This document shows positions 23,474 to 34,725 of a stretch of DNA of 64,000 nt, in pieces (position 1 is the first letter of the stretch; every line of letters begins with the position of its first letter). Under the pieces are notes generated by a model. The model had not been told where the DNA came from. It was given only the letters and a program-made list of their open reading frames with translations, and did not search any database. Both the position numbers and the translations under genes were made by a program. Location of the stretch: positions 12,162 to 76,161 of the forward strand of contig CAWCXQ010000003.1 in assembly GCA_963799675.1 (NCBI GenBank), read 5' to 3'. Origin of the DNA: an uncultured Chloroflexia bacterium. Lineage in GTDB: Bacteria > Chloroflexota > Limnocylindria > QHBO01.

Positions 23474-24547
23474 TTACTTATACGCCGCCGTCCGCCGCCG
23501 CGCGCCCTCGGCGGCGGCAATTTCATCGAGCGGCCAGCGTGCGCGTGGTGCCACATCGAGCGGGTCCGTGAGACCCAGGACAAGCCGCTCGCAGCCGGCC
23601 CATGCGATCATGGCGCCATTGTCGGTGCACAATTCAAGCGGCGGCGCGATCAGCGTGGTGCCGACCTCGAAGGCAAGGCGATTGAGCACCTTGCGGATGG
23701 CCTGGTTGGCAGCCACGCCACCGGCGGCGACGAGTGCGCTCGGGGCGCCAAAACGCGCGCGGAATATTGTCAGGCCGGCGCGCAAACGATCGAACACGAC
23801 ATCGACAATGGCCTGCTGGAAGCCGGCACACAGATCGGCAACATCCTGGTCGCTGAGCGGCGCGATCTTTTCCGCTTCCAGGCGCAGCGCGGTCTTGAGG
23901 CCGGATAGCGAAAAATCAGCCTCCTTGCGGCCATGCATCGGCCGCGGCAACGCGAAGCGCGCGGGATCACCGCGCATGGCTTCCTTTTCTACTTGCGGTC
24001 CGCCTGGATAACCGAGGCCGAGCAACTTGGCGGTCTTGTCGAAGGCTTCGCCGATCGCGTCATCTTGCGTGGTGCCGAGACGCACATAATCTCCGACGCC
24101 GCGCACCGCCAGAATCTGGGTGTGACCGCCCGACGCGAGAAACAGACAGTAAGGGAACGGCACGTTGTCGGTCAGCCGCGCGGTCAACGCATGTGCCTCA
24201 AGATGATTGACCGCGATCAACGGCTTCTTCCGCACGAGCGCAATCGCCTTGGCGGTGGTCAGTCCGACAATGACGCCGCCGATCAGTCCGGGGCCGGCCG
24301 CCGCGGCGACTCCGTCGATTGACTCGAAGTCGCAGCCGGCCTGCGTCATGGCATTGGCGATGACGAAATCGAGCGCTTCCACGTGCGCGCGCGCGGCGAT
24401 TTCCGGCACGACACCGCCAAAGGCAGCGTGCTCGCTCACCTGCGACAGAACGACATCGGACAGAATTTTGCCTCGGCCATCCTCGAAACGTTCGACCAAT
24501 GCCGCCGCGGTCTCATCGCAGGTCGTCTCGATGCCGAGGACGATCAT
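23474..24547 (-). CDS. tsaD: tRNA N6-adenosine threonylcarbamoyltransferase
   Basis: Intact 357-aa ORF: [19 protein letters not shown]...VNHLEAHAL...GGVAAN. Confidence 0.9.
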   Translation of the reverse strand: MIVLGIETTCDETAAALVERFEDGRGKILSDVVLSQVSEHAAFGGVVPEIAARAHVEALDFVIANAMTQAGCDFESIDGVAAAAGPGLIGGVIVGLTTAKAIALVRKKPLIAVNHLEAHALTARLTDNVPFPYCLFLASGGHTQILAVRGVGDYVRLGTTQDDAIGEAFDKTAKLLGLGYPGGPQVEKEAMRGDPARFALPRPMHGRKEADFSLSGLKTALRLEAEKIAPLSDQDVADLCAGFQQAIVDVVFDRLRAGLTIFRARFGAPSALVAAGGVAANQAIRKVLNRLAFEVGTTLIAPPLELCTDNGAMIAWAGCERLVLGLTDPLDVAPRARWPLDEIAAAEGARRRTAAYK

Positions 24548-24676
24548 GGTTCCTCATTTGCCCTTTATGACTTTGTGCCCCGCCGGGCGAGGTGACGGCG
24601 GCCCAAATAATAGCTAGTCCTGACCAAAGAGCATCCCGGGGCCTACCCCCGGTTCCGCCTAGCATCGTGAGGTCAT

Positions 24677-25603
24677 ATGGCGCAATCCACAGCCTCCTTG
24701 CGCATCGGCACGCGCGGAAGCCCGCTTGCGCTTGTGCAGGCGAGGACCGTGCGGGCGCGGTTGGCGGCGGCCGCAGGGGTGGAAGAAGACACGATCGAAC
24801 TCGTCGTCATCCGCACCACCGGCGACATCATCCAGGACCGGACGCTGGCGGAGGAGGGGGGCAAAGGCCTTTTCACCAAGGAGATTGAAGAGGCCTTGCT
24901 CCAGCAGCGTATCGATCTCGCCGTGCATTCCGCAAAAGACATGCCGACCATCCTGCCCGAGGGTTTGCTGCTGGCCGCGTGCCTTGAACGCGAAGATCCG
25001 CGCGATGTCTTCATCAGCCGCAAGGCGCGCACCCTTGTTGAGCTCCCGCGTGGTGCGAGCCTCGGGACCACATCGCCGCGCCGGCAGGCGATCGCCAAGC
25101 GCATGCGGCCTGACCTGAATATCGTGCCGTTGCGCGGCAACGTCGAGACGCGGCTGCGCAAGCTCGACAACGGAGACGTCGATGCCACGTTGCTGGCGCT
25201 CGCGGGGCTCAAACGCCTCGGTCTGGTTGAGCACGCCACCGACATCATGAGCGCGGAAAAATTTTTGCCGGCGGCCGCGCAAGGCGCCATCGGCATCGAG
25301 GTGCGCGCCGGCGACAAGCGCATGCGCGATATTCTTGCGCGCATCGATCACGCTGACACCTCGACGGCCGTTGCCTGCGAGCGCGCCTTTCTTGCGGCGC
25401 TTGATGGTTCGTGCAAGACGCCGATCGCTGGCCACGCCACGATCTCCGGCGACGCCGTGCAGTTTCGTGGATTGATCGCGCGGCCGGATGGTGCCGCCGC
25501 GCATGACATCAGCGGAACCGGCCATCGCAAGGATGCGGCGACGATCGGCAATGATGCCGGACGTGAGCTCAAGCATCGTGCCGGCCCCGGCTTCTTCGAC
25601 TAG
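24677..25603 (+). CDS. hemC: hydroxymethylbilane synthase (porphobilinogen deaminase)
   Basis: Intact 308-aa ORF: LRIGTRGSPLALVQA...RGNVETRL...LDGSCKTPIA. Confidence 0.9.
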   Translation: MAQSTASLRIGTRGSPLALVQARTVRARLAAAAGVEEDTIELVVIRTTGDIIQDRTLAEEGGKGLFTKEIEEALLQQRIDLAVHSAKDMPTILPEGLLLAACLEREDPRDVFISRKARTLVELPRGASLGTTSPRRQAIAKRMRPDLNIVPLRGNVETRLRKLDNGDVDATLLALAGLKRLGLVEHATDIMSAEKFLPAAAQGAIGIEVRAGDKRMRDILARIDHADTSTAVACERAFLAALDGSCKTPIAGHATISGDAVQFRGLIARPDGAAAHDISGTGHRKDAATIGNDAGRELKHRAGPGFFD

Positions 25604-25615
25604 ACGGAAACGGCC

Positions 25616-26378
25616 ATGCGCGTCGTCGTCACTCGCCCCGAACCAGATGGCAAGCGCACCGCCGACCGCGTTGCGCGCGCAGGGGCATGAGGTGCTGGTC
25701 GCGCCGCTGATGAAAGTGCAGAGCGTGGCGGCTGACCTGTCGGGACACTGGGGCGCGATCATCATTACCAGCGCGAACGCGCTCAGTGCGATTGCCGACA
25801 ATGCCGCGAAGGCCGCGCTGATCAAGCTGCCGTTGTTTGCGGTCGGTCAACGCAGCGCCGAGGCGGCGCGAGAGGCCGGCTTCAGCCGATGTCGCCGTCG
25901 GCGGGCGGCGACGTGCGCGATCTGGTGCGCACGCTGAGCGCGCAGCGTCCCGATGCCAATGCCCCGCTGCTCTACCTTGCCGGCGAAGATCGCGCGGCCG
26001 ATCTCGTCGGCGAGCTTGTCGGCGCGCGGCATCGCCGCCGAGATGCGCGTCGTCTATCGCGCCGTCACCGCGCCGTTTCCGTCAGCTTTGATCGAAGCGC
26101 TTGAAGGCCGGCGAGGTCGACGCCGTTCTGCATTTTTCCCGGCGCAGCGCCGAGAACTATGTGGCCGGCGCGCAGTCAGGCCGGCATTGCCGGTCCGGCG
26201 CTCGCGGTACGGCATCTTTGCCTGTCGGCACAGGTGGCCGAGCCGCTTGCCGGCGCCGGGTCAGGTAACGATCGCCGCGCGCCCCGACGAGGCCGCGCTG
26301 ATTGCGCTTTTGCAGGCGCCGCCGCTTGATAATTGGCGCGCCCGCGCCATTTGCGTTATTTCCTGCTTGCGGGGTTGA
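25616..26378 (+). pseudogene. hemD: uroporphyrinogen-III synthase, at least four frameshifts
   Basis: MRVVVTRPEPDGKRTA.., then ALRAQGHEVLVAPLMKVQSV...IIITSANAL, SAGGDVRDLVRTL...PLLYLAGEDRA, and ARGIAAEMRVVYRAVTAP. These pieces are scattered over ORFs 25488..25937, 25889..26104 and 25953..26378. The 3' end is approximate. Confidence 0.7.
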
Positions 26379-26401
26379 GCCGATTCGCCAAGGAAAAGTA
26401 C

Positions 26402-27624
26402 ATGGCCGATAAGCGCACACCACCGGATCCTGCCGAAGGTGCTCGCCGCCGCAAGCGCCCGGCGCCGACTATCGACCTCGACGGCAACCGAGGTGCCGGA
26501 GGCCACGCCGCTGAACAGCCACAGGCCGCGGCCGAGCCGCCGCGAGCCGCCGGAGCCACTGCGCGCACGATGAGGCCGATGCTGCCCACGATCACGAGCC
26601 GGACGTGCACGACACGGTTCAGCGCGGGCCGCGCCGGCGGCCTGGCAAATTTTCATCGCGGGATTTGCGCGGCGCCGCCATCGATGACGGCTGCGCTGCT
26701 CGGCCTTCGGTTTGCCGGGCTGGTGCCGTCGCGCGACGCCGGCTCGGCGCCGGCGCGATCCGGCATCGGTCGCCGCGCTCAACCAGCGCCTGGCAAGATC
26801 GAAGTCGTCGATCGCAAAGCTTCCCGCCAGCGATCAGGGCACGTCGGAACGGCTGTCGGCCGCCGACAACGCGCTCAAGTCGCTCGGCATCGCGCTCACC
26901 GCGATCAACAAGCGCAGCGACGAGGTCGCCGCCAATGCGGCCGAGGCGCGCGCACGCGCGGACGCATCGGAAAAGGCGCTGACCGAATTGCGCAACAGCG
27001 TGCAGGATCTCAGCAAGAATCCTCGGCCGGCCTGTCGCCCGCCGATGTCGAAGCGTGCAAAAACGCCTCGCCATCGCTTGAGCAAGTCGTGCAAAAACGC
27101 GCCGACCGACCGCGGCGCGGGCTTGCGCTGAGCGCCGCAGCGTTGCGCGACGCGGTCGTGCGCGGCGCGCCGTTCAGCGCTGAACTCGGCGAAGTGAAGA
27201 TCGCTGGGCGCCGGCGACAAGGCGCTGGCGCCGCTGGTGCCGTTTGCCGCGACCGGCGTGCCGCAAGCGCGGCGCTGGCGCACGAACTGCGCGCGTTGAT
27301 GCCGGCGCTGCTGAAAGCGGCGGGCGCGCAGGCGCCGGCCGGCGGTTTCCTCGATCGGCTGCAGGCCAATGCCGGCAAGCTGGTGCGTGTCCGGCCGGTC
27401 GATGCGCCGGCCGGCGACGATGCCGCGGCCGTGCTGGCGCGGCTCGAAGTCGAGACGGCGCACGCCGATATCGACGGCGCTCTTGCCGATCTCGAGCGTG
27501 CTCGATGCCCGCCGTGCGCGCGCCGGCGCAAGCCTGGATCGCCAAGGCGCAGTCGCGGCAGGCCGCGCTTGCCGCCGCGCGCCAACTCGCCGCCGACACG
27601 GCGCGCGCGCTCGGCAAGCGATGA
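26402..27624 (+). pseudogene. mitofilin-domain (alphaproteobacterial Mic60-like, COG4223) membrane protein, several frameshifts
   Basis: MADKRTPPDPAEG.., with a coiled-coil middle (..ERLSAADNALKSLGIALTAINKRSDEVAANAAEARARADASEKALTELRNSVQDLSKN). The C-terminal piece is LALSAAALRDAVVRGAPFSAELGEVK...GGFLDRLQANAGKLVRVRPVD...APAQAWIAKAQSRQAALAAARQLAADTARALGKR-stop. Its position between hemD and hemY matches the known alphaproteobacterial synteny. Confidence 0.6.
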
Positions 27625-27631
27625 GGCCGGG

Positions 27632-29215
27632 ATGATCCGGGTCGTCCTGTTTCTGGTTTCGGTCGCGCTCATCGCCGTCGGCTTTGCCTGGGTCGCCGAC
27701 CGGCCGGGCGAGGTCGCCATCACCTGGATGGGCTACCGCGATCGAAACCTCGGTGATGGTGGCGGCGCTTCGCCGTCGTCGCGCTGGTGATTGCGTGCAT
27801 GCTGCGTCGTGGTCGCTGCTGCGCGCGATCTTGCGCTCGCCCGAGCAGGTGTCGCTGTTCTTTCGCCACCGCCGCGCCATCAAAGGCTATCTCGCCATCA
27901 GCCGCGGCCTGATCGCGATCGGCGCCGGCGATCTGCGCGCTGGCGCGCAAATCTGCCGACGAAGCGGCGCGGCTGTCGCCGGGCGATCCGCTGGCGCTGC
28001 TGCTGACGGCGCAATCGGCGCAGATGGCCGGCGACCGTGCCGCCGCCGAGCGCGCCTTCCGCGAGATGACCGCGCGCGACGATACCAAGCTGCTCGGGCT
28101 GCGCGGGCTCTATATCGAGGCGCAGCGGCGCAACGACGCCGACTGCCGCGCGGCTGGCGGCCGAGGAAGCGGCGAAGACGCGCCCGGCGCTGGCCTGGGC
28201 CGGGCAGGCCGTGCTCGATTACCGCTGCGCGGCGGCCGACTGGTCCGGCGCGCTCGAGGCGCTCGAGCCATGAAAGCGGCGCTCGACGAAAGCCGACTAC
28301 CGGCGCAAGCGCGCGGTGCTGCTGACGGCGCGCGCGCAGGCGCTCGAGGACATCGACCGCGATACCGCGCGCGCGCTGGTGCTCGAAGCGGTCAAGCTCG
28401 CGCCCGATCTGGTGCCGGCGGCGGCGCTTGGCCGGACGGCGGCTTGCGGAAGCGGGCGAGCCGCGCAAGGCGCGAAAAATCCTGGAAGCGGCCTGGGCGA
28501 TCAATCCGCATCCCGACATCGCCGAGGCTTATGCCAATCTGCGATTCGGCGATTCCGCGCGCGAGCGGCTGGCGCGCATGCAGAAGCTCGCCGAGAAGGT
28601 GCCGGGCCAACTCGAGGGCGCGCTGGCGGTGGCGCGTGCCGCGCTCGATGCGCGCGAATTTGCCGCCGCGCGCGCCGCGCTTGCGCCCTATCTCTCGGCG
28701 CCGACGCGCCGCGTCGCCACGCTTGATGGCGGAGATCGAGGAGGCCGAGCACGGCGATGAAGGCCGCGTGCGCGAATGGATGGCGCGCGCCATGCGCGCG
28801 TCCGGCGATCCGGTGTGGACGGCGGATGGCGTGGTGTCGGAGCACTGGCTGCCGGTGTCGCCGAACGGCCGGCTCGACGGCTTTCAGTGGAAAGTGCCGC
28901 TGGCCGAGATCGGCGTGAGCCGGCCGGTGATCGAGGCCGCGCCGCCCGCCGTCGGAACCGGCCGCATTGCCTGGTGCCGGAAGCGAAGCCTGAGCCGCCG
29001 GTCGAATGCCGTCGCGCCAGGCCGCAAAACCCGGCCGACGCCGGGCGCATCAAAGGCGTCGGCGCAAGGCGCGGCCGGTCGAGCCGGTGATCCCGCTGGT
29101 GCATGCGCCGGACGATCCGGGGCCGGATCCGGGCCTGGACCGCGATCCGGTGCCGGAGACCTCGACGCCGCCGGCGGGCGATGCCTGGCAGCGCTTGCGG
29201 CAGTTGTTCCGTTAA
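27632..29215 (+). pseudogene. hemY: HemY-like heme-biosynthesis-associated TPR membrane protein (COG3898), many frameshifts
   Basis: The HemY_N-type start is MIRVVLFLVSVALIAVGFAWVADRPGEVAITWMGYR / IETSVMVAAL. TPR-like pieces are spread over ORFs 27684..28325, 28024..29313, 28316..28726 and 28428..28760. The tail PLVHAPDDPGPDP...DAWQRLRQLFR-stop ends at 29215. Confidence 0.7.
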
Positions 29216-29292
29216 GCAGCGGGCAAGACCGGCGAAGGCGCGTATTGCTTGCCAATCGTGGCGCTGCGCCGATATCTGTGGCGCGTCCTTCA

Positions 29293-29367
29293 GCCGGCGT
29301 AGCTCAGCGGTAGAGCATCCGCTTCGTAAGCGGGTGGTCGGGGGTTCAAATCCCTCCGCCGGCACCA
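29293..29367 (+). tRNA. tRNA-Thr (anticodon CGT)
   Basis: Hand-folded. The acceptor is GCCGGCG/CGCCGGC, the D-arm is GCTCAGCGGTAGAGC, the anticodon loop is TTCGTAA, and the T-loop is GGTTCAAATCC. The 3' CCA is encoded. Confidence 0.9.
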
Positions 29368-29582
29368 ACCTTCCAAGAATCGCGATTTCATGCGGTCTGC
29401 CGCCACGGCGACCTGTGTTTGCCAATTCATTGAAATAATGGAGTTATTTATGTACCGTGCCGACAGGTTGGCGGGCCGGCGGCGGCTAAGCGAGCCAATG
29501 TTATTCCTGTCATTTTCCCCCGTTCATAGGGTAGTAAGATAATTCCAACCGGATCAGTCACTTCGTTCTGTAGAGTAGCCCT

Positions 29583-30342
29583 ATGGCCAGACCTGCTGTC
29601 ATTCTCGTCGGCGCGGACAAGGGTGGCGTCGGCAAAACCACCGTCGCCCGTACCTTGATCGATTATTTTGGCGCGCATCAGACGCCGACCCGCGCCTTCG
29701 ATACCGAAGTCGCCGCGCGGCACGCTCAAGCGGTTTCATCCCGAGCTGACCGAGGTGGTCGACGTCACCTCGGTCTCCGATCAGATGAAGATCTTCGACA
29801 CGCTGGGCAGCGCCGATGCCAAGGTGACGGTGATCGACGTGCGCGCCGGTCTGTTGTCGTCGACCTTGCAGGCGCTCAGCGAAATCGGTTTTCTGGAATC
29901 GGCCAAGAAGGGCCAGATCACCTTCGCGGTGTTTCATATTCTCGGCCCGTCGATCGCCTCGCTCGAGGAGATCGCCGAGACCGCCCGCACCGTCGGCGAT
30001 GCCAACTATTTCCTGGTCAAGAACTTCATCAACAACACGACGTTCTTCGAATGGGATCCGGCCACCTACAATTCGTATTTCAAGAAGATCAAGGGCGCCG
30101 AGGAAATCACCATCCCGAAGCTCAACGAAATGGCCTACGAGCAGGTGGAAGTCGCCAGCGTTCCTTTCGTGTCGTTTGTCGGCAACAAGGGCGCCAAGGG
30201 CGAAGCGGCCAACTATTCGTTCGTTCTGCGCGGTTATGTCCGGCACTGGCTTGGCAATGTCTGGGGTGAGTTTGATCGCGTGAAGCTGGTCGACCTGGTT
30301 TCGCCGAAGATGGAAAGCAACGTCCGTCAGGTCGCTGGCTAA
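29583..30342 (+). pseudogene. ParA/MinD-like P-loop ATPase, one frameshift
   Basis: MARPAVILVGADKGGVGKTTVARTLIDYF (deviant Walker A KGGxGKT) in ORF 29583..30269 continues in ORF 29668..30342 (..VTVIDVRAGLL.., Walker B-like). The shift is near 29705. Confidence 0.7.
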
Positions 30343-30393
30343 CACTCGCATCACCAGTCGCGCCGGTTGAGCGGCGCGGCGTCCGGTCAGGTG

Positions 30394-30902
30394 ATGTCAT
30401 TCCGCAACTCCATCACCATTGTCGCATCGCCGCGTCCGCGCGTCGGCAAAACGTTGCTGGCGCGGCTGCTCACTGATTTTCATCCGCAGGAAGGCCGACG
30501 GTCGCGGCGTTCGATCTCAATTCCGGCGAGCAGACGCTGGCGCAATTTCTGCCCGAGCGACGTCGTCGCGGCGAACATTCGCGACATCAATGGACAGATG
30601 GCGTTGTTCGACAGGCTGGTTGCCGACGACGATGCCACCAAGGTCATCGATCTCGGCCACGAATCGTTTGAAGTCGTTTTTCGCGGTCGCGCACCAAATC
30701 GGCTTTGTCGAGGAAGCGCGGCGACGCGTCGATTGCCGTTGCGATTCTGTTCATCGTGACGCCCGACCAGACTTCGGTCGAGGCCTATCGCAACCTGCGC
30801 GCCCGCTTTGCGCAGGCAACGCTGGCGCCAGTGCACAATGAAATGCTGGGGCCGGCGCAGCATCGCGACAAATACATGCTCGCGGCAGCGGCGCAGCCGT
30901 GA
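30394..30902 (+). pseudogene. second ParA-like protein with degenerate Walker A, several frameshifts; may extend to 31131
   Basis: MSFRNSITIVASPRPRVGKTLLARLLTDF.., ..NGQMALFDRLVADDDATKVIDLGHESF.., and ..AILFIVTPDQTSVEAYRNLRARF.. are spread over ORFs 30367..30759, 30419..30841 and 30705..30902. The coding-looking ORF 30808..31131 (..YIDKPPFSFANSNMGNADGIPLDSHIELQRWLRRIYLEFRELDLRIL..) could be its C-terminus or a separate gene. Confidence 0.5.
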
Positions 30903-31265
30903 TGGTGCAATTTACCGGTGCTGGCGCCCGGGCTTGCGCAGGTATATCGACAAGCCGCCATTCTCATTCGCAAATTCGAATATGGGGAACGCAGACGGTA
31001 TTCCGCTCGATAGCCATATCGAATTGCAACGCTGGCTGCGGCGAATTTATCTGGAGTTCCGGGAACTCGATTTGCGCATATTGCTGGCCGATCTGCAGTC
31101 TTCGATCCGCATTCAGTCGCAATCGACATAAATTTGCGGTGTTTTCCCGCAACTGCGAAGAAGCTGCCGGAACTATCTTTTCCTAAAATTAGGGAACGGA
31201 CGCCGGTTTGATGCGTTGCTCCGCCGAGAATCCCGCGCAAGTCGCGGCAACGTAGGAGGCGCGCT

Positions 31266-31415
31266 ATGTGGATTACGTTGTTTTCCGTCGTCATCGGCAT
31301 CGCCCTCGGCCTGGCCATGGGCGCGATCGTCATGGAATCCGACGAGAAGGCACCGCGCCAATACGGGCGCCGTTCGGCGCGGGTTTCCGGGTCGTGCGTA
31401 ATTCGTAGTATTTGA
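31266..31415 (+). CDS. small (49 aa) single-TM membrane protein
   Basis: Not in the ORF track (<60 aa). GGAGG lies 8 nt upstream of the ATG. Translation: MWITLFSVVIGIALGLAMGAIVMESDEKAPRQYGRRSARVSGSCVIRSI. A strong terminator follows directly. Confidence 0.45.
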   Translation: MWITLFSVVIGIALGLAMGAIVMESDEKAPRQYGRRSARVSGSCVIRSI

Positions 31416-31434
31416 TGTCCGTCGCGTGTGAGAT

Positions 31435-31466
31435 GGGCGGCCTCCGGGCCGCCCATTTATTTGTTG
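31435..31466 (+). terminator. rho-independent terminator
   Basis: The stem is a perfect 8 bp, GGGCGGCC-TCCG-GGCCGCCC, followed by ATTTATTTGTTG. Confidence 0.65.
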
Positions 31467-31511
31467 TGAATGGCCGCGCGTCATTGCGGAACTCTGCGCT
31501 AGTCTGCCGGA

Positions 31512-32775
31512 ATGCCGGCGCCCCTGCTGCTGTCGAGGCGATTCGCGCCGCTGTTCTGGTGCCAGTTTTTCGCGGCATTCAACGACAATTTCCTCAAGAC
31601 CGCGCTGGTCTTTGTCATTCTGTTCCACTCCGCCGCGCGCGACGCCGAAGCCCTGATTACCTTGCAAGCGCGGTGTTCATCGCGCCCTATTTCTTTTTGT
31701 CTGCGCTCGGCGGCGAAATCGCCGACCGCTACGACAAGGCGCGTGTCGCGCAATGGTTGAAATTCGTCGAGATCTTCGTCGCGGCGCTCGCGGTCGTGGG
31801 GCTACGCGCGGCTCGTCACTCGCGATGCTGTTTGTCGCGTTGTTCGGCTTTGGCGTCCTTGCGGCGTTGTTCGGGCCGATCAAATACGGCATCCTGCCGG
31901 ATCATCTCAGACGCGAAGACTGCCCGCCGGCAATGCGCTGGTGGAAGGCGCGACCTTCGTCGCCATCTTGCTCGGAACGATCGTCGGCGGACTGGCCGCG
32001 CGCGGCGAGGGAGCGCGCCGCAACGTTTGCCGCGCTGGTCATGGGTTTCGCGCTCGCCTGCTGGATCGCGGCACTTTTGATTCCGCCGACCGGCGAGGGC
32101 GCGCCGCATCTCAGGATCGCCAACAACATCGCCGCTTCGACCGTGGAGATGTTGCGCTACCTGCGCGCGGATGCGCGGCTGTGGTGGGGCGCGATGGTGA
32201 CAAGCTGGTTCTGGCTCGTCGGCATCGTCGTGCTGTCGTTGCTGCCGCCGCTGATCAAGACGCAATCGGCGGCAATGAGGATACCGTCACCGTCTATCTC
32301 GCGGTCTTCTCGGTCGCCGTCGGCGTCGGCTCTGGCCTTGCGGCGGTCATCGCGCGCGGCCGCATCGTTCTCAAGACGACGCTGACGGGCGCAGTCCTGC
32401 TCGGCGCTTTCGCGCTCGATCTCGGTGTTGCGACGTATGCGTGCGCCGCCACAACATCGCCGGCCCGGCCAGTCGTGTCTGTCATCGGCTCTTGGCCTGC
32501 GCGCAGCCATCGATCTCTGCGGCCTCGCGATCGCCGGCGGGCTGTTCATCGTGCCGGCCTTTGCCGCGGTGCAGGCCTGGAGCGACGCCGGTCATCGCGC
32601 GCGCACGATCGCCGCGGTCAATGTGCTCAACGCGGCATTCATGACCGGCGCCACCATCGCCGTGGCGATCATGCAGAAATTCGGCGTGACGGTGCCCGCG
32701 CTGTTTGCGCTGATCGGCGTCGCCACGCTCGGTGTGGCGCTTCGCGATCTGGCGGACGATGCCGAAGGCACGCGT
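31512..32775 (+). pseudogene. MFS transporter (LplT/lysophospholipid-transporter-like), several frameshifts; 3' end uncertain
   Basis: MPAPLLLSRRFAPLFWCQFFAAFNDNFLKTALVFVILF.., ..FIAPYFFLSALGGEIADRYDKARV.., ..FGPIKYGILPDHL.., and ..GAMVTSWFWLVGIVVLSLLPPLIK.. are spread over ORFs 31512.., 31412.., 31753.., 31941.. and 32425... Confidence 0.7.
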
Positions 32776-34133
32776 AGCTCGTCATCTTCTTCCGCATCTT
32801 CAAGACGCGGTCGACCATTTCGCCGGCGACGCCGAGATAGTTGGCCGGGTCGACCAGCTTTTCCAGTTTCTTGCGGTCGGCGTGCTTGCTGATTTCCTTG
32901 TCCTCGGCGAGCAGATCGATCAGCGGCCGCCCGGTTTTCACGCACCTCGCGGCAGATGTCGTAGACGAGGTCGTGCGCCTTGTTGCGGCCGAGCTCGGCA
33001 CCGAGCCCCATCATCACCGCTTCGGACATGATCAGCCCCTTGGTGATGTCGAGATTCTCGCGCATCTTCTTCTCGTTCACCTGCAAGCCTTCGACCAGGA
33101 AGCGCGTCTGCGCCAGCGCGCCGGCCGACAGCATGAAAATTTCCGGCAGCGCGATCCATTCGATTTCCCACGGGCCGGTGGCGCGCTCGTGGTCCTCGAT
33201 CTGCGCTTCCAGCAGCGCGGCGACGAGCTGGCGCACCATCGCCGTCTGCGCGGTGATGTACACCGACGAAATCGGATTGCGCTTCTGCGGCATGGTCGAC
33301 GAGGAGCCGCGGCCCGCATGGAACGGCTCGTAGACTTCCTCGACTTCGGTCTGCATCAGCAGTTTCACGTCGAAGGCGATCTTGCCGCAGCTTCCGGTGA
33401 CAAGCCCGAGGAAGCAGCCGGCCTCGGCGATGCAATCGCGCACCGTGTGCCAGGAAATTGCCGGCTGGCCGAGCTTGAGTTCCTTCACCAGTTCTTCCTG
33501 GACTTTCAGCCCGTCCTTGCCGAGCGACGACAGGGTGCCGGCGGCGCCGCCAAATTCGCCCACCAGCACGCGCGGCTTGAGTTCCTTCAGGCGCTGCTTG
33601 TGGCGCTCAAAGGCCGCCAGCATGGTCGCCATCTTGTAGCCGAAGGTGATCGGCACGGCCTGCTGGAGGTTACTGCGGCCGGCCATCGGCGTGTCGCGGT
33701 ATTTTTTCGCGAGCGCGGCGAGCGCGTCCGAAATTGCGTCGATCTCTTTCTCGACGATGTCAAGCGCCTCGCGGATCTGCATCACCGTTGCGGTGTCGGT
33801 GATGTCCTGGGTGGTGGCGCCCCAATGCGACCATTCGCCGAGCCCGTCCTTGCACAACTTCACAAGCTGCTGGACGACAGGCAGCACCGGATAGCCGATC
33901 CGCTCGGTGGCTTCCTTGAGTTTCGCCATGTCGATTTTGTCGGCCGAACAATGGCGGACGATTTCGGCAGCGGCATCCTTCGGAATAATGCCGAGCTTGG
34001 CCTGCGCGCGCGCGAGCGCGGCCTCGAAATCGAGATATTTCTGCACGCGGTTCTCGTCCGAGAACACATCCCGCATTGCCGGCGTGGTGAAAATGTCGCG
34101 GAACACCGCGGAATCGAGGATCGTTGAGGGCAT
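32669..34133 (-). pseudogene. class-II fumarase/aspartase-superfamily lyase (adenylosuccinate lyase / 3-carboxymuconate cycloisomerase-like), frameshift near the 3' end
   Basis: ORF 32592..34133 carries the family signature GSSSTMPQKRNP. The native-looking tail (..KTGRPLIDLLAEDKEISKHADRKKLEKLVDPANYLGVAGEMVDRVLKMRKK..) is in ORF 32669..33001. The shift is near 32950, and the true stop is not resolved. Confidence 0.8.
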
Positions 34134-34271
34134 CCGGTCTCTCCTGTCGCGCGCACGTTAGCGTTTCTCGCGCGCCGATCAACTGCGCGGCAAACGGTCG
34201 GCGGTTGCTGTCAGGACGCCGTTTCAGTCCCAAATGGCGGCCGACTCAAGTTGCCTAGGAGGAGGCCCGCC

Positions 34272-34725
34272 ATGACCGTCATGACCAAGCCGCAGCAAAG
34301 TTTCCGGCTCGAGCCGGTGCACCCGAAGCCGGAGGAGGCGCACACCATGCCCTATGCCCCGGCCGTGCATATCGTCGGGGCCTGCGATCTGATGTTCCTG
34401 TCGGGCGCGACGCCATCGCCGCTCTACCACAAGCATCCGCATGTCGATGCCGAGCACGTGCATCCGCATTCGATCGAGGAGCAGACCGATCGCGCCATGG
34501 TGGCGATCAAGTCGATCCTCGATCATGCCGGCGCGAGCTGGCGCGACGTCGTGAAGGTGACGAAATATCTCACCGACTTCCGCGAAGCCGACGCCATGCA
34601 CAAGACCATGCAAATATTTCGGCGACTGGCGGCCGGCAGCACGACGGTGTGCATCAATCGCTGTCGTCGCCGGCGCGCGCATCGAGCTCGACATGATCGT
34701 CGCGCTGCCGAAGAAGGCGACGTGA
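34272..34725 (+). pseudogene. RidA/YjgF-family protein, frameshifted
   Basis: GGAGGAGG lies upstream of the ATG at 34272. The sequence reads ..APAVHIVGACDLMFLSGATP...EEQTDRAMVAIKSILDHAGASWRDVVKVTKYL. The tail YFGDWRPA / STTVCINR / GARIELDMIVALPKKAT-stop needs shifts between 34615 and 34670. Confidence 0.75.

Noticed and set aside
29293-31500. An integrative genomic island at tRNA-Thr.
   Set aside because: I could not find an integrase or recombinase, phage or conjugation genes, or a direct repeat of the tRNA 3' end. The ParA-like genes look like ordinary chromosomal genes with the same indel damage as their surroundings.
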